A stretch of 63,877 bases of DNA, filler included, from Choristocarpus tenellus KU-1152 (Eukaryota; Protista; Phaeophyceae): NCBI GenBank assembly GCA_964200185.2. It is 15 parts of 15 records of this genome, joined end to end, with 100 filler letters (N's around TTAATTAATTAA, not from the genome) between each part and the next. Parts side by side here need not be neighbours in the genome. Positions count along the whole stretch, not along the records: positions 1 to 9,337 come from CAXNAD020003766.1; positions 9,438 to 12,391 come from CAXNAD020023395.1; positions 12,492 to 19,796 come from CAXNAD020006372.1; 12 more parts are not named here. One strand, written 5' to 3'. A program made the translations under genes and the position numbers. A model generated the notes under the pieces. That model did no database searches, was not told where the DNA came from, and saw only the letters and a program-made list of their open reading frames with translations. Shown here one piece after another: positions 1 to 12,849 of the stretch (its first letter is position 1; every line of letters starts with the position of its first letter).

Positions 1-442
1 CTTGTGATTGATTTCCCAGCTCACCACGATTAATCAGTCGCTTCGACGATTGATTTCCCAGCTAACCCTAACCCTGCAAGATCGATATTATACCATATAG
101 GTTGTGTGCCGCTTTTTTAGGGCATACCCATGGGTGAACAAAATTGGGGTAGGTACTGTAAACAATACCGCTATTAAAAATAATGATAAAAAATATGATA
201 TTGATAATAATGATATCGATAATAATATTAACATTTGTTTTATGACATTGACATTATTAACACTTGAAAATATTGTGATAATTATATTATGATGATAGTA
301 ACACAACAAGTATTAATTATAATAGCACTAACAAGAATAAAAATAATAATAGCGACAACAATAGTAATAATAATGCCTTATAGTATTCTTATGTTTAGGA
401 CATTTTATATACACATATGTATATAGTTTTCATTGGTTTCCC

Positions 443-545
443 CCTGACACATCTGCAGAATATCAGAGGGCATAATAATAAAATATACAATATATACCCG
501 CTACTCTTTATTGTAACAATGTTGCAGTGAGTAACACTTTGAATA
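443..545 (+). repeat. Dispersed repeat end: imperfect hairpin followed by an AAT-rich tail (second copy at about 25594-25690)
   Basis: ctgacacatctgcagaatatcagagggcataataat at ~444 matches tgacatatctgcaaaatgtcagagggcataataat at 25594. Confidence 0.6.
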
Positions 546-779
546 TGTCATGATTATTGGGATAATATAGTATATACCACAAAATCTGTATATGCGCCAA
601 ATATGTCGGAGAATTGCGGATGTTCATGATGAGGATCAGTGGGAGCAACAGTATTATTACACCGCAATAGGAAGATATTTTTTCACCACAAACAAGCACC
701 TAATTGTTATTTTATACCATTTTCATTTTGCCCTGTTCTCTTCCTGTTTCTTTCATGTCCCCAAAGAATGACCACCGCT

Positions 780-3200
780 AGGCAAACTCACCTTTTCCCA
801 GTGAGTCGCCTGAGTGCCGACTATGTAACGTACAATCCTGTTGTTATGTAGCGGGCACATTGGTGGGGCGACCTGGACGAGATGAAAGAACCGAGAAGAG
901 AACAGTTAGTCCTCGTTGTCTTCCTTACCTTCGCTATTGTCCAGCTCGTCGTCTTCCAGCTGGCAATCACAGTCTCGCACACTGACAATTTTGGTCTACC
1001 TGGTGCTGGCTGGTATTGGGGATCGTGAGACATATTTGTTTTATCCGTCATCACACCAGTGAACTTGCATACTTGGGATTGACACAGCAGATAAGTTTAC
1101 CAAAAAGATTCTTGGGTTTGTTGTTGAACTCCATTCAATTTCACACCAACAGAATGATATGCCCGAGATTGACACCACAGACATGTTTACCACAAATACT
1201 ATCTTCGGTGTAGCACCTCGTTAGGTCTGTTGAGCTTCATCCAATATCCTGTCTCTGCTCACGCCCTGATGGAATTTCCCACCACTTGCAGCATTCGAGA
1301 GATGATATTGAAGGAAGATAAGGGAAGTAATGAAGGCGTTGCAAAAACATTTCCGCAGGTCCAATCCTAGGTCCGATAACAAAAAGACCATGTTGAAGAT
1401 CATGTTGGGAAGGTAGAGCTAAAAAATCTCGAACCGTAGGAAACAGAAATACTTAAGAGGAATGTTCTGGAAACAATATTGGTCCCATTTCCCTTGTTTA
1501 AGAGGTTGTCGAGGAAGGCAGAAGAGAGGGGATATAGCTTAATATAGTGCTGACAATGGATATTTGTGGCCTGTTCACCTAATCGTTCGATCTCGAGGTT
1601 CTAACATCCATATAGGTGGCAGGGAGAGAGTTACAAGAATGGCCGCAAACCATTCATCCTAGTTGTGTTCTCTATTGGTGAACTTTACCACGAATCATGG
1701 AGAGCTATGGTGAAGCAACTATTGTACTTGGTAGACTGGCGATTTCTTGAACTGTACTTGCTTGTGATCACCTCCGTGAATACCTCTGAGGAGGACGAAT
1801 GACCAGTCCTCAAAGCAACCAATGTGCTAGTCATTCTCCTCTTAGTTGCTAAGGCGGAAAACTTCCCAGTAATCAACCTGTAGTGATTCCAATCACCTAC
1901 AACTGCAGCCTGCAGAGTTTCTAATGGTGTCCCTACTTTAATGTTCCTTTCTTCTCCCCCTGTTTTGCTCGAGGTTGATCAATTCTAGCGACGAACTGAA
2001 TATAATGCTGGCAATCTTTGGTCTCTAGATATTCTGACAGTTGTTCAATGTTCTTGGGAGAGGCAATTTTCCTTGACATCATTCGACAGTTCTTAGGCAG
2101 GTCTTTCCCGACAGACCATGTCACCTTCTGTACGTTTTGCAGCAGATACGTGGAATATATGTATGCTAAGTGAATCTTCATCCCAGATGGGGAGGAATTT
2201 AGAGATCTATCTGCAGGGTGTAAGGGTGTCTCGACTTTCCCAGTAGAGTATGTTGTGAGCACTGCTGTGACCCACACGTGGTGAGATACGACAACTTCCT
2301 CAAGCAAAAGTTAATGCTCTCACCCCAAGTCGGCGCATTGACAATCTTCCTTCGAAGCTGACTTTGTAGCACGCTTTCAACAGTCAGTCCCGAAGGTTTT
2401 AAGGCCCAGTCTTTGTGGTGGTCGAAGCCATGAAACCAGGGATTGCTGGATCGATGAGGAACTTCGTTATAAACTCTGCTCTAAGCAGGGCAGAGATCTT
2501 CCTTCTGGCCTCCTTCACATCTCTCGCAGCATAGGCTGTGGGAACAGTGTGAATCTCATTAGGGTGATTACGGTTAGATGCTGGAGGATAAAATTAGTAT
2601 CACTTCAGGGTCACCATCATTAGTGTATTCACTGGTGAGGTAATCTTCCTACTGTTGTTGCTGGATCTTGGGAAATTTCGAAACTTTTTATTTGGACGTG
2701 GTGGGGTTGTTGCAAGCTCTCGTAAAGTTCGAGTGACATTGGGCATCACTTTCGTTTTCCAAATGGCTGTGTTGCATACATAGCATGGGGCATCAACTCT
2801 TGCAACACTACCTTGTAAGATTCTTTGAGAAAAATATGGGACTTCCACTTTGGGATACAATAAGAAACATTGAAGGTGGCATATATTATTCTCCCAGTAT
2901 TCAGTACAAACAAATAGGGTTGGTCTCTGGGGATGACACAAAAGCTTTCTTAAAGCATGGACCTCCTTTTAGTATGTTGTTTTCGCGAGCCTTTTTTGAA
3001 CTCGAGATTATAGGAACTCAAAAGGAATCAGTAGCTGACTGCCTACTTATGGCCGGACTGTTGTGTTTGTTAAGGAAAGTTGAATACTTGCGTTCTTTTT
3101 ACTTGTGGTTGGTTATTGCCATGCTACGGACTGCACCATCGCACACTACACAATTTTTCCCCTTCTCCACTAAAAACATTACGATAATATAAATACTAGG
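780..3200 (-). mobile_element. Highly degenerate retroelement-like coding relic, possibly non-LTR
   Basis: Long intron-less stretch of broken minus-strand ORFs. Weak CxxC..H-like segment (ICGKHVCGVNLGHII, ~1150-1200) and a Tudor-like end (KLSVCETVIASWKTTSWTIAKV, ~925-990). Confidence 0.3.
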
Positions 3201-5143
3201 TGTCATTTTGTTATTTTCCTCTCTTCACAAATATCTTCACTTGTGAAGGGAAAAAGGGACGAATGATAATACACAGAATAAAAGGTAGTTGATATGAGGA
3301 TAACTGGAGGTATCCACTGATTTGCTGCTAGGGATACCTCCATATATCTTCTACTTAATATTGCAGAACAGAGACGTTTCAGTACTGAATTAATTCGAGT
3401 AAAAGTAAACGAGAGAGTTGCATATATCAAGGGATGCCTTCAATTTTTTTTTTTTTTTACAAATGCGTTCAAGGATATTTTCCAAGTTTTGTCAACTAGT
3501 TTCAAACAATAGAGAAATCAACCCTCTCAAGTCGAAGTTAGTACTTCATCCGTAGAATATGGGTGAATTGCAAAATATTGAAAAACTGGCTTATAGTGTA
3601 AAACAGGTGAAAAATCGACACCTCTCGCACTTTGGTTCTTCACTTTGTGTGATTATATATATATATATATAGGTCCAATACTTAGGTGTGTAGGTTGATG
3701 ATGAGGTTTGAAGAGGGTGACCCAAAATGGATGGATGGATGGATGGCCGACAGTCAAACAGTCTGGGATCAGACCATGGTTTTGACAAATAATGTGGAAG
3801 GTCTTTCACAGGTATGTATGACTGAGCTCACCTCACATTCTTAGTGGGGATTCAAGGTCGACAATTGTTATTCCAGAAGTCGTGATATTCAAATGCCGCG
3901 CGTCATCTGAATACTACAGATTATTCTCATTTTAGAGAATCCACAAATAATGTCATTTTGGCACTCTCCATGTGTGTGTTCGGTCCTCATACTGGTTAAG
4001 AAGCAGATAATGAAATATAGACCAATATCCCTAGTCACAGAGGAAAGCCCTTATAATCGTGCAATCGTCTCGTTTTTGGTGTGAGATGATGCGCCGTTTG
4101 CGTTTTTTGTGTACGCTGTCTAGGTGCGCGAATATAGGGACCCCAAAACAAATGTGTGGGTAGGCAGTGTCGCTGTCGCATCCTAAATCCTACTACGGAG
4201 AGCTACACGATTTCTTCACTTTTTCCATAATAAATATCAGCAGAGGGAGAAGGGGAGGGGAACACTATGATGATAGTAGGTGCGGTTATTCACTCCTTCA
4301 CGTTAAGAGATACCTACAAAAACCTCTGCGGAGCAGAGCCTAGGAGGACCACCTTTTTTGGGTGGGATGGAGCGCAATTTTCGTTTTCTTATGGATATCT
4401 TTTAGGTGCACAACAATAGGGACCATGAAACCAAATTGGTGTGAGAGGAGTGATTGATAAATGATATTATCGCGACATAAATCGTATGATGGCGACCTGC
4501 GCGACTTCCTTGCTTTTCCATAATTGTACCTACGCTCATCGTTTGGGGTTACTCGTCTCTGTATTCATCTGGTCAATGCCACGCATGAATCCAAGAACTA
4601 TATGTCGGAGATATTGGACATGGTTTGCACTGGGTACCTTTGGCGACCTATCCCTTAACAGGCTGGCACTGTGTGTCCCTCTGAAATGCACTCTTTGCTC
4701 CCATGCGATGAGGTCCCTCCTTGAAGTGCCAAAAAACAGGGCATTTATAGGCAATTGACCCAACGAAAACTACTTTTGCACCCTACTTCCAGCAACTCAG
4801 ATTGGACGAAGGGAGTGTGCAATATAGACTGATAGTCTATATGGTTTATACGCATTTAGTGTACACCACTAGACAAGAGGAATGTTGGCTAAGTAGAACA
4901 AGTGGCATCGACTTCTGTTAGTGTGGTTTGCTCTTGTTTTTTGTTGCTGTGTTCGTTTATTCCTCTGATGAACATGCTGCGAAGATGCTCTTTCTCTCCA
5001 AGATATCCCTTCCATCATCCTCTTGTATGCTTGATCCCCCTACACTTCACAACACAGTGATTCCTTGGCGCCTTGTCTCCAGGATTTCACCCTTCCATAG
5101 AATTGCACGCACACTCGGATGAAATGTGAACACTGTGACAAAT

Positions 5144-5402
5144 GAGTCAAAGTATCTTAGAGGGTAGAGTCGTGTCCATTTGGGGGACAAAATCCGTTGT
5201 TGCGATTTTGATGTAATTTTGGCTATCGTGTTTGTTAAGGAAGTGTCAATATCCTTGTTCTGGACACACCTTTTCACACCGTATGCATTTTTCCTACTCT
5301 GAAACATCTCGGAGTAGAAAAATGTAATTAAAACCCTGTGGGAAGTCAAGCGCCAAATGGACAAACAGGGTAAAATTCGTACCCTCTAAGATACTTTCAG
5401 TC
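5144..5402 (+). mobile_element. MITE family A (~260 bp, TIR GAGTCAAAGTATCTTAGAGGGTA)
   Basis: Terminal inverted repeats aaagtatcttagagggta / taccctctaagatacttt. Nine related copies in the window. Confidence 0.9.
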
Positions 5403-6174
5403 CAATGCTGTTGAAGACAATCCGATTTAGCACACCTGTGTTGAACTACTGCCCATCCTGCATGCCCAAGATGGAGTACTGTAGAGTGCAATGCCGCGTG
5501 TGGGTATCAGTTAGGGGCTACACTGGGGAGGAAAGAGGAGGAGAAGCTCCGTCCGCTGGTATCTTCTGTGCTCCAGCAGTCAAGGAGGAAAGGAACAGCA
5601 GGGATGTGTGCCTGGTGAAACACGTGGAGATTGTGCCTAGGTAGCAGGAACGAGCCCTGGCTGGTAGAAGGGGTGGGCTATGCCAAAGGAGGTCTGTACC
5701 TGCCTGTAGATAATTGATAATTAAGCTAAACTTGCATGCTTGGCTGTGTATGACACGGGGTGTGCGTATAACTTTTATCTTCGAAGTGGAAAACAGAGAT
5801 TCCACCTAATGATGAAGGCCTCACAGGCCAGGGTCACGGCAAAGTGTTGTCCCATGCCGATAGATTCCAGTAAAAATATAATCAATCAACTATTTAATTC
5901 GAGACTTTGCCACTATTACCAGACAAAAAAGAGAAGTTCCTGAAATCATCACAAGCGAAGACATCGGAATCTGCCGCTCAGATGCAGATTTGTCAAAATA
6001 TGTAGAGGTGACGGGGTGTGTGTCCGATAATAGTAACAAATAACCGCTGCTTCGCGTCTAGCGATAGTTGCTTATATTTTCACTTTTGTTATAGTTACTA
6101 CGTACCTACCCTCTAATTTTGACTGTAAAGCAATGAGAGGTGTCTATCTGTCTGTGTGTCTGTGTATTATTTGT

Positions 6175-6400
6175 GAGTCAGAATAAACGAGAGGTACTCA
6201 GGTTTTGGTCATTTTGCATTTTAAACCTGTTTTCAATCTTTTGCAATTCACCTCTGTATTTCTATGGATGAAGTCCTAAGTTTGACTTACTATTTCTTTA
6301 CTGTTCTAAACTTTTCCAAAACAACCCAGAAAATATTCTATACACATTTGCAAAAAGAGAGCCAAATATTCCACGTATTCGTCGATATGAAGGTTAGGTC
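6175..6400 (+). mobile_element. Dispersed repeat family D, likely a MITE (copies at ~35341-35600 + and ~3450-3690 -)
   Basis: gagtcagaataaacgagaggtac matches gagtcaaagtaaacgataggtac. Shared ctatggat..agt.ctaagtttgact block. Same GAGTC terminus as family A. Confidence 0.65.
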
Positions 6401-6430
6401 AAGCATGCCATCCTCCTCTATTAAGATCAA

Positions 6431-6613
6431 GACCCAAAGTATCTGGGGGGGTGGGCCTACACGAAGGTGTGTCCATTTCGGTCATAACCAGGAAAAGTTC
6501 ACTTAGATTTAATTTATCCATCCGATGAATGCAACCAAATCACACAAAAATAGCAACATGAAAAAATTAACCCCAAATATACAGCCACCACCCCAGCCCA
6601 GATACTTTGAACC
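6431..6613 (+). mobile_element. MITE family B (~180 bp)
   Basis: TIR caaagtatctggg / cccagatactttg. Flanks tcaa/taaa. Related copies at 7694, 19737, 24451 and 61146. Confidence 0.85.
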
Positions 6614-7693
6614 TAAAGTGCGTCCAAATGCAACTCTGCAGGCTTTCGTCCTCAAGTATGTTGTTGGGCGCCAATTCTTCTCCACAGTAGTGATACACCA
6701 TATGTATCATTTGTACAACTGGTCCTCAATACCGTATATAACTCTAATAATGTACAAGAAACATCGTTTTGTTTTATGTTTGGAAAACCTCCTGTATTAG
6801 CAATCGGTATCATTTTGGGAGAGCCAGAAGCCATCCCTATCTCTACACAAGGGCAAAGTAAACAGTGGAATATGTACAACAGGCATATGAGCCTGCCAGA
6901 CGGAATATTGGTGAAGTGGCTTTGCGCAACAAGTCTAAAGGCACTGAACATACAATTCCTATTTTTGAAGCTGGTGCCAAGGTGTGGAAACCAAAGCCGC
7001 ACACTTCGTCGGCAGATGCTTCAAATCCCAAGTAATGTTCCCTGTGGAGAGGGCAATGTGAAGTAAAAGATAAACTCCGATAGTCTACAGCGTGTAGGCA
7101 CAGGCCGACCGTAGAGAAATAATTGTGCATAGAGCACATCCCGCAAAGAGGTCTTAACACCCTGAACCAGACGTTGACACTCTTAATTCTATATTTTTGG
7201 GGAGAATTACACCTGGACCAGATATATAACAAGGTACCAGCGCCCAAACAACTCTAGTCATACTTTGCTAAGGGGATTGCTAACCATGAGGCTGGAGAAG
7301 GGTCGAAAATCCTCACGTAGCTATTAATACTGGCTTTGATTTAGAGGTTTTTCACCACCTAGTGGTGTCTACCTGAAGAGATTATTGCACCTTAAAGGTT
7401 ATGACATATCTGGATATTTCTCCGGACAAAAGTGTACTGACCCTAGAGTATTCAAAACCTCCCAGTTAACACTGTAACCGTGTGAACACATATGGGACTA
7501 AATGGAAGGTTGAATAATAAACTCAGAGTAGTTCAGTCTTGCTGTGAACGTTCGCCAGCAAAATAGCAGTAGCTTCATTGGACGAGATATGCGAAAAAGC
7601 GAAGTATGCCCTGAGCTTCTCGAATAACTTTCTGTACCATGCACCCTTCTTACGCTGTCTTTTCACACATCAATACATAAATTATTCAGCAGC

Positions 7694-7871
7694 AGCTCAA
7701 AAGTATCTGGGGGGGGGAGTGACGGCCGTCCATTTCCCCTGTTTTTCCATGTTGTGATTTTTGGGTTAATTTGGTTGCATGGATCAGATGGATAATGTAA
7801 GTGCACTTCTCCTGATTAGCGCCTGGATGGGCGCCCTGGTGTAGACCCCTTCCCCCCACATACTTTGAGCC
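7694..7871 (-). mobile_element. MITE family B copy (reverse)
   Basis: Reverse-complement similarity to 6431-6613 with the same TIR. Confidence 0.8.
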
Positions 7872-9171
7872 GCATGTGTGGAAAAAATGCCGAGCAAACC
7901 ACATACCTACATCTCATACGAATATCCTCCGACACCCATAAATATTAACCTTTGCATGCAACTAATGGCGCCACGAGTGACTGTACGTATAGCAGAACTC
8001 CACTCTTCTTCTACATGCATTTTCACCACCTATGTGTGGGATGCTTTATTCACAACATGCACGCATACACAGGTAGCTAAAGTATTGTGAGTGTGGTGAT
8101 TTGCTGTGTGCTTACTCTGCATTCTATCATAATACTATCCCTGCGTTCCAAATGCAAAGCAGTAACAGTAATTTCCTTTAGTGATGCCCTTTGTAACTAA
8201 CTACAATAGCGGTGACAGAAGAAGTACCCACCCATGCATTGCCTAAGTGTACTACAGTACTTCAAGACGACTTGACACAGAGATAGACGAGTATCACCAG
8301 CAAGTCTCCAAGTTGGTTAAATGCAAATACAGTAACCGCATCCATTATGCAATGTCCTGTTGTGTATAAATGGACTAGGTACGATATAGGGTGCATACAT
8401 AATGTGCATATAGCCCGGTACTACGTACAAGTAGTGCTCTGGAGTAAGTGCACGAAATAGACGACCCCCGCTCGCATTTCATAATATCACTGATACGGCC
8501 CTATACTGTGGATGCGTCTTTTTACCATTTCTCAGGATCCCTAAAATGCGACCTTGCCTACCTCTAGAACTACTTTTATTGCCAATAAGGATGGCGGCCA
8601 GCCTGATATATATAACATCCTCTAAACTACACATCTGTAAAGCTCTAATATGTTGCTTGCGCTCAATAACACAAATAATATTATAACGTTCAAAACACAT
8701 GGATCCATTGCATTCATATCATCAACACCTCAATTTTTTCTCCATCAATAACGGGCCTTAGACAAAGAACAAAGAAATGCTGGTCAGTGAGAAAGAATCT
8801 TCTACCCGCAAATAATTCGAACTTTACCATTTTAACCTGCTGAATATTTAGCAATAGGTACTAAGGGATAGGCAGTAAAAGAATGCAGGTAACTTCAACA
8901 ACTAAATACCTGGAGTATGTATCAGAACACTCCTGAAATATCTCTTCTGTGGGACCACAACCCCTATAGTTCCATTCAAAACAAAAGGTTGCCAGGCATC
9001 AACTTTATGAAAGTATTGTTATGATTGGGTTGTGATTGGTTCCTCTACCATACACTACACGATAATCATCAATAAATCAAAAAGCCTAATTCATCTGCAG
9101 TTTACTCATCTCTAAAAAAAAGTCCTTCACGCCCACTCGCACACAATATACTCTACCACATCAATACAGAA

Positions 9172-9336
9172 TCAAAGTCGTGCATGGCGTGCAACACTCC
9201 TCCGGTATTCAGACTTGGCAATACTGCGGACGTGGACCTCATCAGGTCCGTCTGCGATCCTCAGGGTTCGCATGTGTGCATAAGCTTTGGCCAGGAAAGT
9301 GTCCTGACAGACACCCATACCCCCATGCACCTGTAT
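9172..9336 (-). CDS. Terminal exon of an acyl-CoA dehydrogenase (ACAD10/ACAD11/IBR3-type) with PTS1
   Basis: Manual translation (not in the ORF track): [67 protein letters not shown] is the ACAD10/11 C-terminal signature. The exon may start at 9330 (aatacag|GTG). Confidence 0.93.
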   Translation of the reverse strand: MQVHGGMGVCQDTFLAKAYAHMRTLRIADGPDEVHVRSIAKSEYRRSVARHARL

Positions 9337-9337
9337 T

Positions 9338-9437
9338 NNNNNNNNNNNNNNNNNNNNNNNNNNNNNNNNNNNNNNNNNNNNTTAATTAATTAANNNNNNN
9401 NNNNNNNNNNNNNNNNNNNNNNNNNNNNNNNNNNNNN
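9338..9437. other. Artificial contig linker N44-TTAATTAATTAA-N44. Also at 12392, 19797, 22612, 25494, 28161, 31181, 33828, 37120, 42998, 47423, 54640, 57685 and 61200
   Basis: The same 100-nt N-flanked six-frame-stop spacer occurs 14 times. Many contig ends are poly-G/poly-C tracts or repeats. Confidence 0.98.
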
Positions 9438-9493
9438 CTATCACATAATCCACCAGTGGTGTCTATAGTGTATCAGCAGCACTATCTACAAAC
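9438..9493 (-). mobile_element. LTR end fragment (same family as 13951-14323)
   Basis: atccaccagtggtg...tatcagcagcactatctacaaaca matches the LTR terminus at ~14285-14323. Confidence 0.75.
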
Positions 9494-9974
9494 AGGTGAG
9501 TCCCCCTACCAGAAACGTGCACCCTTTGTGCAGCTCCTTCCCGCAAAGTGGTAGCGATTGAGACCCCATCACGTCATGCAGAAAGGATTTCAGGTCTATG
9601 ACTATACCAATTTCGACCACCACTGCTGTGTTACCACCTGTGTAAATATCTTTCGGAAGCTCCAGATACAATTCCGAGTGAAATCAATTTCGGTTCGAAA
9701 TCAAAAGTAAACCCTATGCACGCCGGACTGTCTATCCTGCCGTATATAGCACGGATCTCTCGACACTGGAGACAGTTTGTATGGTGTGCACTAAGAGGCC
9801 TGCATTTCATGGCTGTTTGAAATCCAGGGAGCAAATGCTCATGTTAGGCCGAGATTGGCGATATGTGTGGTGTTGAAGAGTTCCCAACGTATCCACCCCT
9901 CATTGCGATTTTCTTCGTCATGAACACAACCACATGTCTCTGCACATGTTCATGAGTTTATTTGCATTCGGAGC

Positions 9975-10400
9975 TTGTACCAAGCAGCTGTCAATAGTGG
10001 TATCACCAACATTTTCAAAGGAGATGCCCCAGTATTTATCACCATTAGGACCGTGTACACCCCAGCTGTCAGCCGTGGTATCACATACATTTTCAAAGGA
10101 AATGCCCTGTATTTATCACCACTAGAACCGTGTATACACCAGCTGTCAATAGTGGTATCACCAACTTTTTCAGAGGAGGTGCCTTGTATTTATCATAATT
10201 AGAACCGTGTACACACAAGCTGTCAATAGTGGTATCACCAACATTTCCAAATTGGATGCCCTGTATTTCTTACCATTAGAACCGTACACACACGAGCTAA
10301 CAATAGTGGTATCGCCAACATTTTCAAAGGAGATGCACCCGTATTTCTTACCATTAGAACTGTGCACACATGAGCTGTCAGTAGCGGTATCACCAATATC
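9975..10400. repeat. Tandem repeat with a 77-78 bp unit, about 5.5 copies
   Basis: An agctgtcaatagtggtatcaccaacattttc-type unit recurs at ~9986, 10064, 10141, 10218, 10295 and 10373. Confidence 0.92.
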
Positions 10401-11039
10401 ACTAGTCGGGCATCTATAATCTGTTTGATCAAAACCGTTCGTAAACCATTGTATGCCACCCCAGTCGCTGACAATGTAAGCCCTGAAGGCAACACCCATG
10501 ATCCTAACCCTATCCCTAACCAACATTAATAACCTACATCTCGAACACTCAACCCAATCCGCGAAGAGACAGACTTCACCTTACATCTAACATGTTGACG
10601 TGGTTCCAATGCAGCGGCTATTGTCAGAATTAATTCCAGCGAATGCAACCGAACCTTTTTCCGAAATTAGAACATGGGTTGTAGTGACATATATTGAGAG
10701 TAATCAGACAACTGATCCGAAATAGAACAAAGATTCCACGATCCAAGTCCACGCACCACAACATCCGGCTGTTGAGTGTTATGTGGTGACACCATCGATA
10801 TGCACGTGTTAGGGCTCCGATACGATTGGAAAATTTCCGATAAGGTTCGTATTGCGTCACAATGCGATCTCGATTTAACTCGCGCGGTGGTATCAATACA
10901 CACGCGTGGCTTGGTCCGAAAAACCGCGGTAACCTCACTTTAGAATTTGGTGGCTTCTACCAACCGACAGAACATATCAAATTTCTACTTCGAAACACGT
11001 TCCAAAATTGCCACACTCGTTTGAAACCGGTGCATTCAT

Positions 11040-11775
11040 GCTTTCACTTTCGCGGTTCTACAATATGTTTTCCTGCTTAGGGTTCTTGTTTCAAATCGGT
11101 ACACATCACCCCCAACTGTCTTGCCAAGCTTTCGAAATTTATCGTCTTTACCGTACGGTACAACACATCAAATATCTTCATTACTGTCTGCCCTATGTCA
11201 AACACAAACCTTTGCATGGTTGCCCTCCCGACATCTAACCTGGGTCGGCGCGTAAATCTTTTTCTTCTTCATCTTTCACTTATGCGGTTCCATATTATAT
11301 TTTCCTGCTTAGGGTTCTTGTTTCAAATCGGTACACACCACCCCCAACCGTGTAACCGTCTTGCTGTGCTTGAGCCAAAGTATCTTAGAGGGCAGAGCCT
11401 CGTCCATTTGGGGGCCAATATCCAATGTTGCGATTTTGATGTAATTTTGGTTATTGTGTTTGTTAGGAAGTAGTGTCAAAATCCTTGTTCCAAACACACC
11501 TTTTCATAACGCATACGTTTTACCTACTAAGAAATATTTTGTAGTAGGAAAATGTCATAAAAACCCCGAGGAAAGCCAAGCCCCAAATGGACAAACAGGG
11601 CAAAAGTCGTACCCTCTAAGATACTTTCAATCGCTTTCGAAATTTATCATATTGACCGTCCAGTAGAATACATCAATTTTCTTCATTACTGTCTGCCCTA
11701 TGTCAAACACAAACCTTTGCATGGTTGCCCTCCCAACATCTAACCTGGGTCGGCACATATATCTTTTTCGTCTGC
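11040..11775. repeat. Tandem duplication of a ~235-bp unit; the second copy is interrupted by a MITE
   Basis: ttcctgcttagggttcttgtttcaaatcggtacac and ctgtctgccctatgtcaaacacaaacctttgcatggttgccctccc are each present twice. Confidence 0.9.
11372..11632 (+). mobile_element. MITE family A copy with perfect 4-bp TSD GCTT
   Basis: gctt[gagcc...caatc]gctt. The empty site is visible in the paralogous unit at ~11128. Confidence 0.93.
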
Positions 11776-11779
11776 TTAC

Positions 11780-12345
11780 GGTATTGGTGTGTTCTTGTAT
11801 ACAATGTTCCTTCCATATAGGCAGGGTTTACCGTTCGCTGCATATTCGCAAACAGCAGTCTCCATGGAAAGCGCTATGCCATCCTCATGATAACAACAGT
11901 GATTAGCCGTTATAACATCACGTTTGCCTAGTCCATGCATGGACACAAACCCCGCACTCCCCACAGACCCCATCGTCATTGATCACATACTCTAGCACTG
12001 TATATACAACAACACCCTTACTGTCATTGCCTAGCCATAGTATCCACCCCTGCGTCGATATCCTTCTTGTTTGCTGATATCATTGCCATAAAACATCCCC
12101 CCCTACCTTCACAGGCATTCGGCCGGAGGCCCAAAGAAACATGAAGACAAAAAGACGACAGAGTTGATCACGTCGAAACTCAGCATGATGTGTACGATTG
12201 GCCTGGCCACATCTGCTTTCTTGACTCAGAGGTACAATGCCAATCTCCTTGACAAGGATAGGGTAGAGTCCATGTTTTCAAAGCTGGGGCCAGACCCAGA
12301 GGTCGCCGCCGATAAGCTCGCAGGGTTCCTGAGTGGACAGCCTTT
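11780..12345 (-). pseudogene. Degenerate Ty1/copia integrase fragment
   Basis: The minus strand reads RLSTQEPCELIGGDLWVWP (cf. copia pleliHsDlwGP) and YL*VKKADVA (cf. llksKsdv), with stops and frameshifts. Confidence 0.5.
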
Positions 12346-12351
12346 TGTTTA

Positions 12352-12391
12352 ACAATCCCACACTGGACCCGCGGCTTTTATGGTGCTTTAA
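12352..12391 (-). mobile_element. LTR fragment (same family as 13951)
   Basis: atcccacactggacccgcggcttt is identical to 13960-13983. Confidence 0.75.
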
Positions 12392-12849
12392 NNNNNNNNN
12401 NNNNNNNNNNNNNNNNNNNNNNNNNNNNNNNNNNNTTAATTAATTAANNNNNNNNNNNNNNNNNNNNNNNNNNNNNNNNNNNNNNNNNNNNCCCCAATCA
12501 CTCATCCAACTCTGTCCCCACCCCCTCATTCCACATCCATATCCTCCCTTGACATCCCACCCCAACCCCTACCTGCCCTACCGTCTACAACCACCTCCAT
12601 CCAATCTCGTGAACTCTGCTGCATTAGTTCATTCAACAACCCTGGCCTCCACGAGGAAGGATCCCTTGCCATTACCACACTTTTTGACCACCCCGTCATC
12701 CTTGCTGGGGCCTCCTCCGCCACCACCTCCCTGTCCAACACCCTCCAGTCCTCATTTGTCCACTCTGCCCTCCTACACCACACCCCATCCAGCCCCATTG
12801 TTCCTGACCTTCCGTGCTCATTTAAAGAGGCCATGCAGCACACCACCTG

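Noticed and set aside
9382-9393. Recurrent TTAATTAATTAA palindrome as a biological motif
   Set aside because: Always centred in 44+44 Ns, so it is an assembly linker with stops in six frames.
9975-10400. CRISPR array
   Set aside because: The whole unit is repeated with no unique spacers, there are no cas genes, and the context is eukaryotic.
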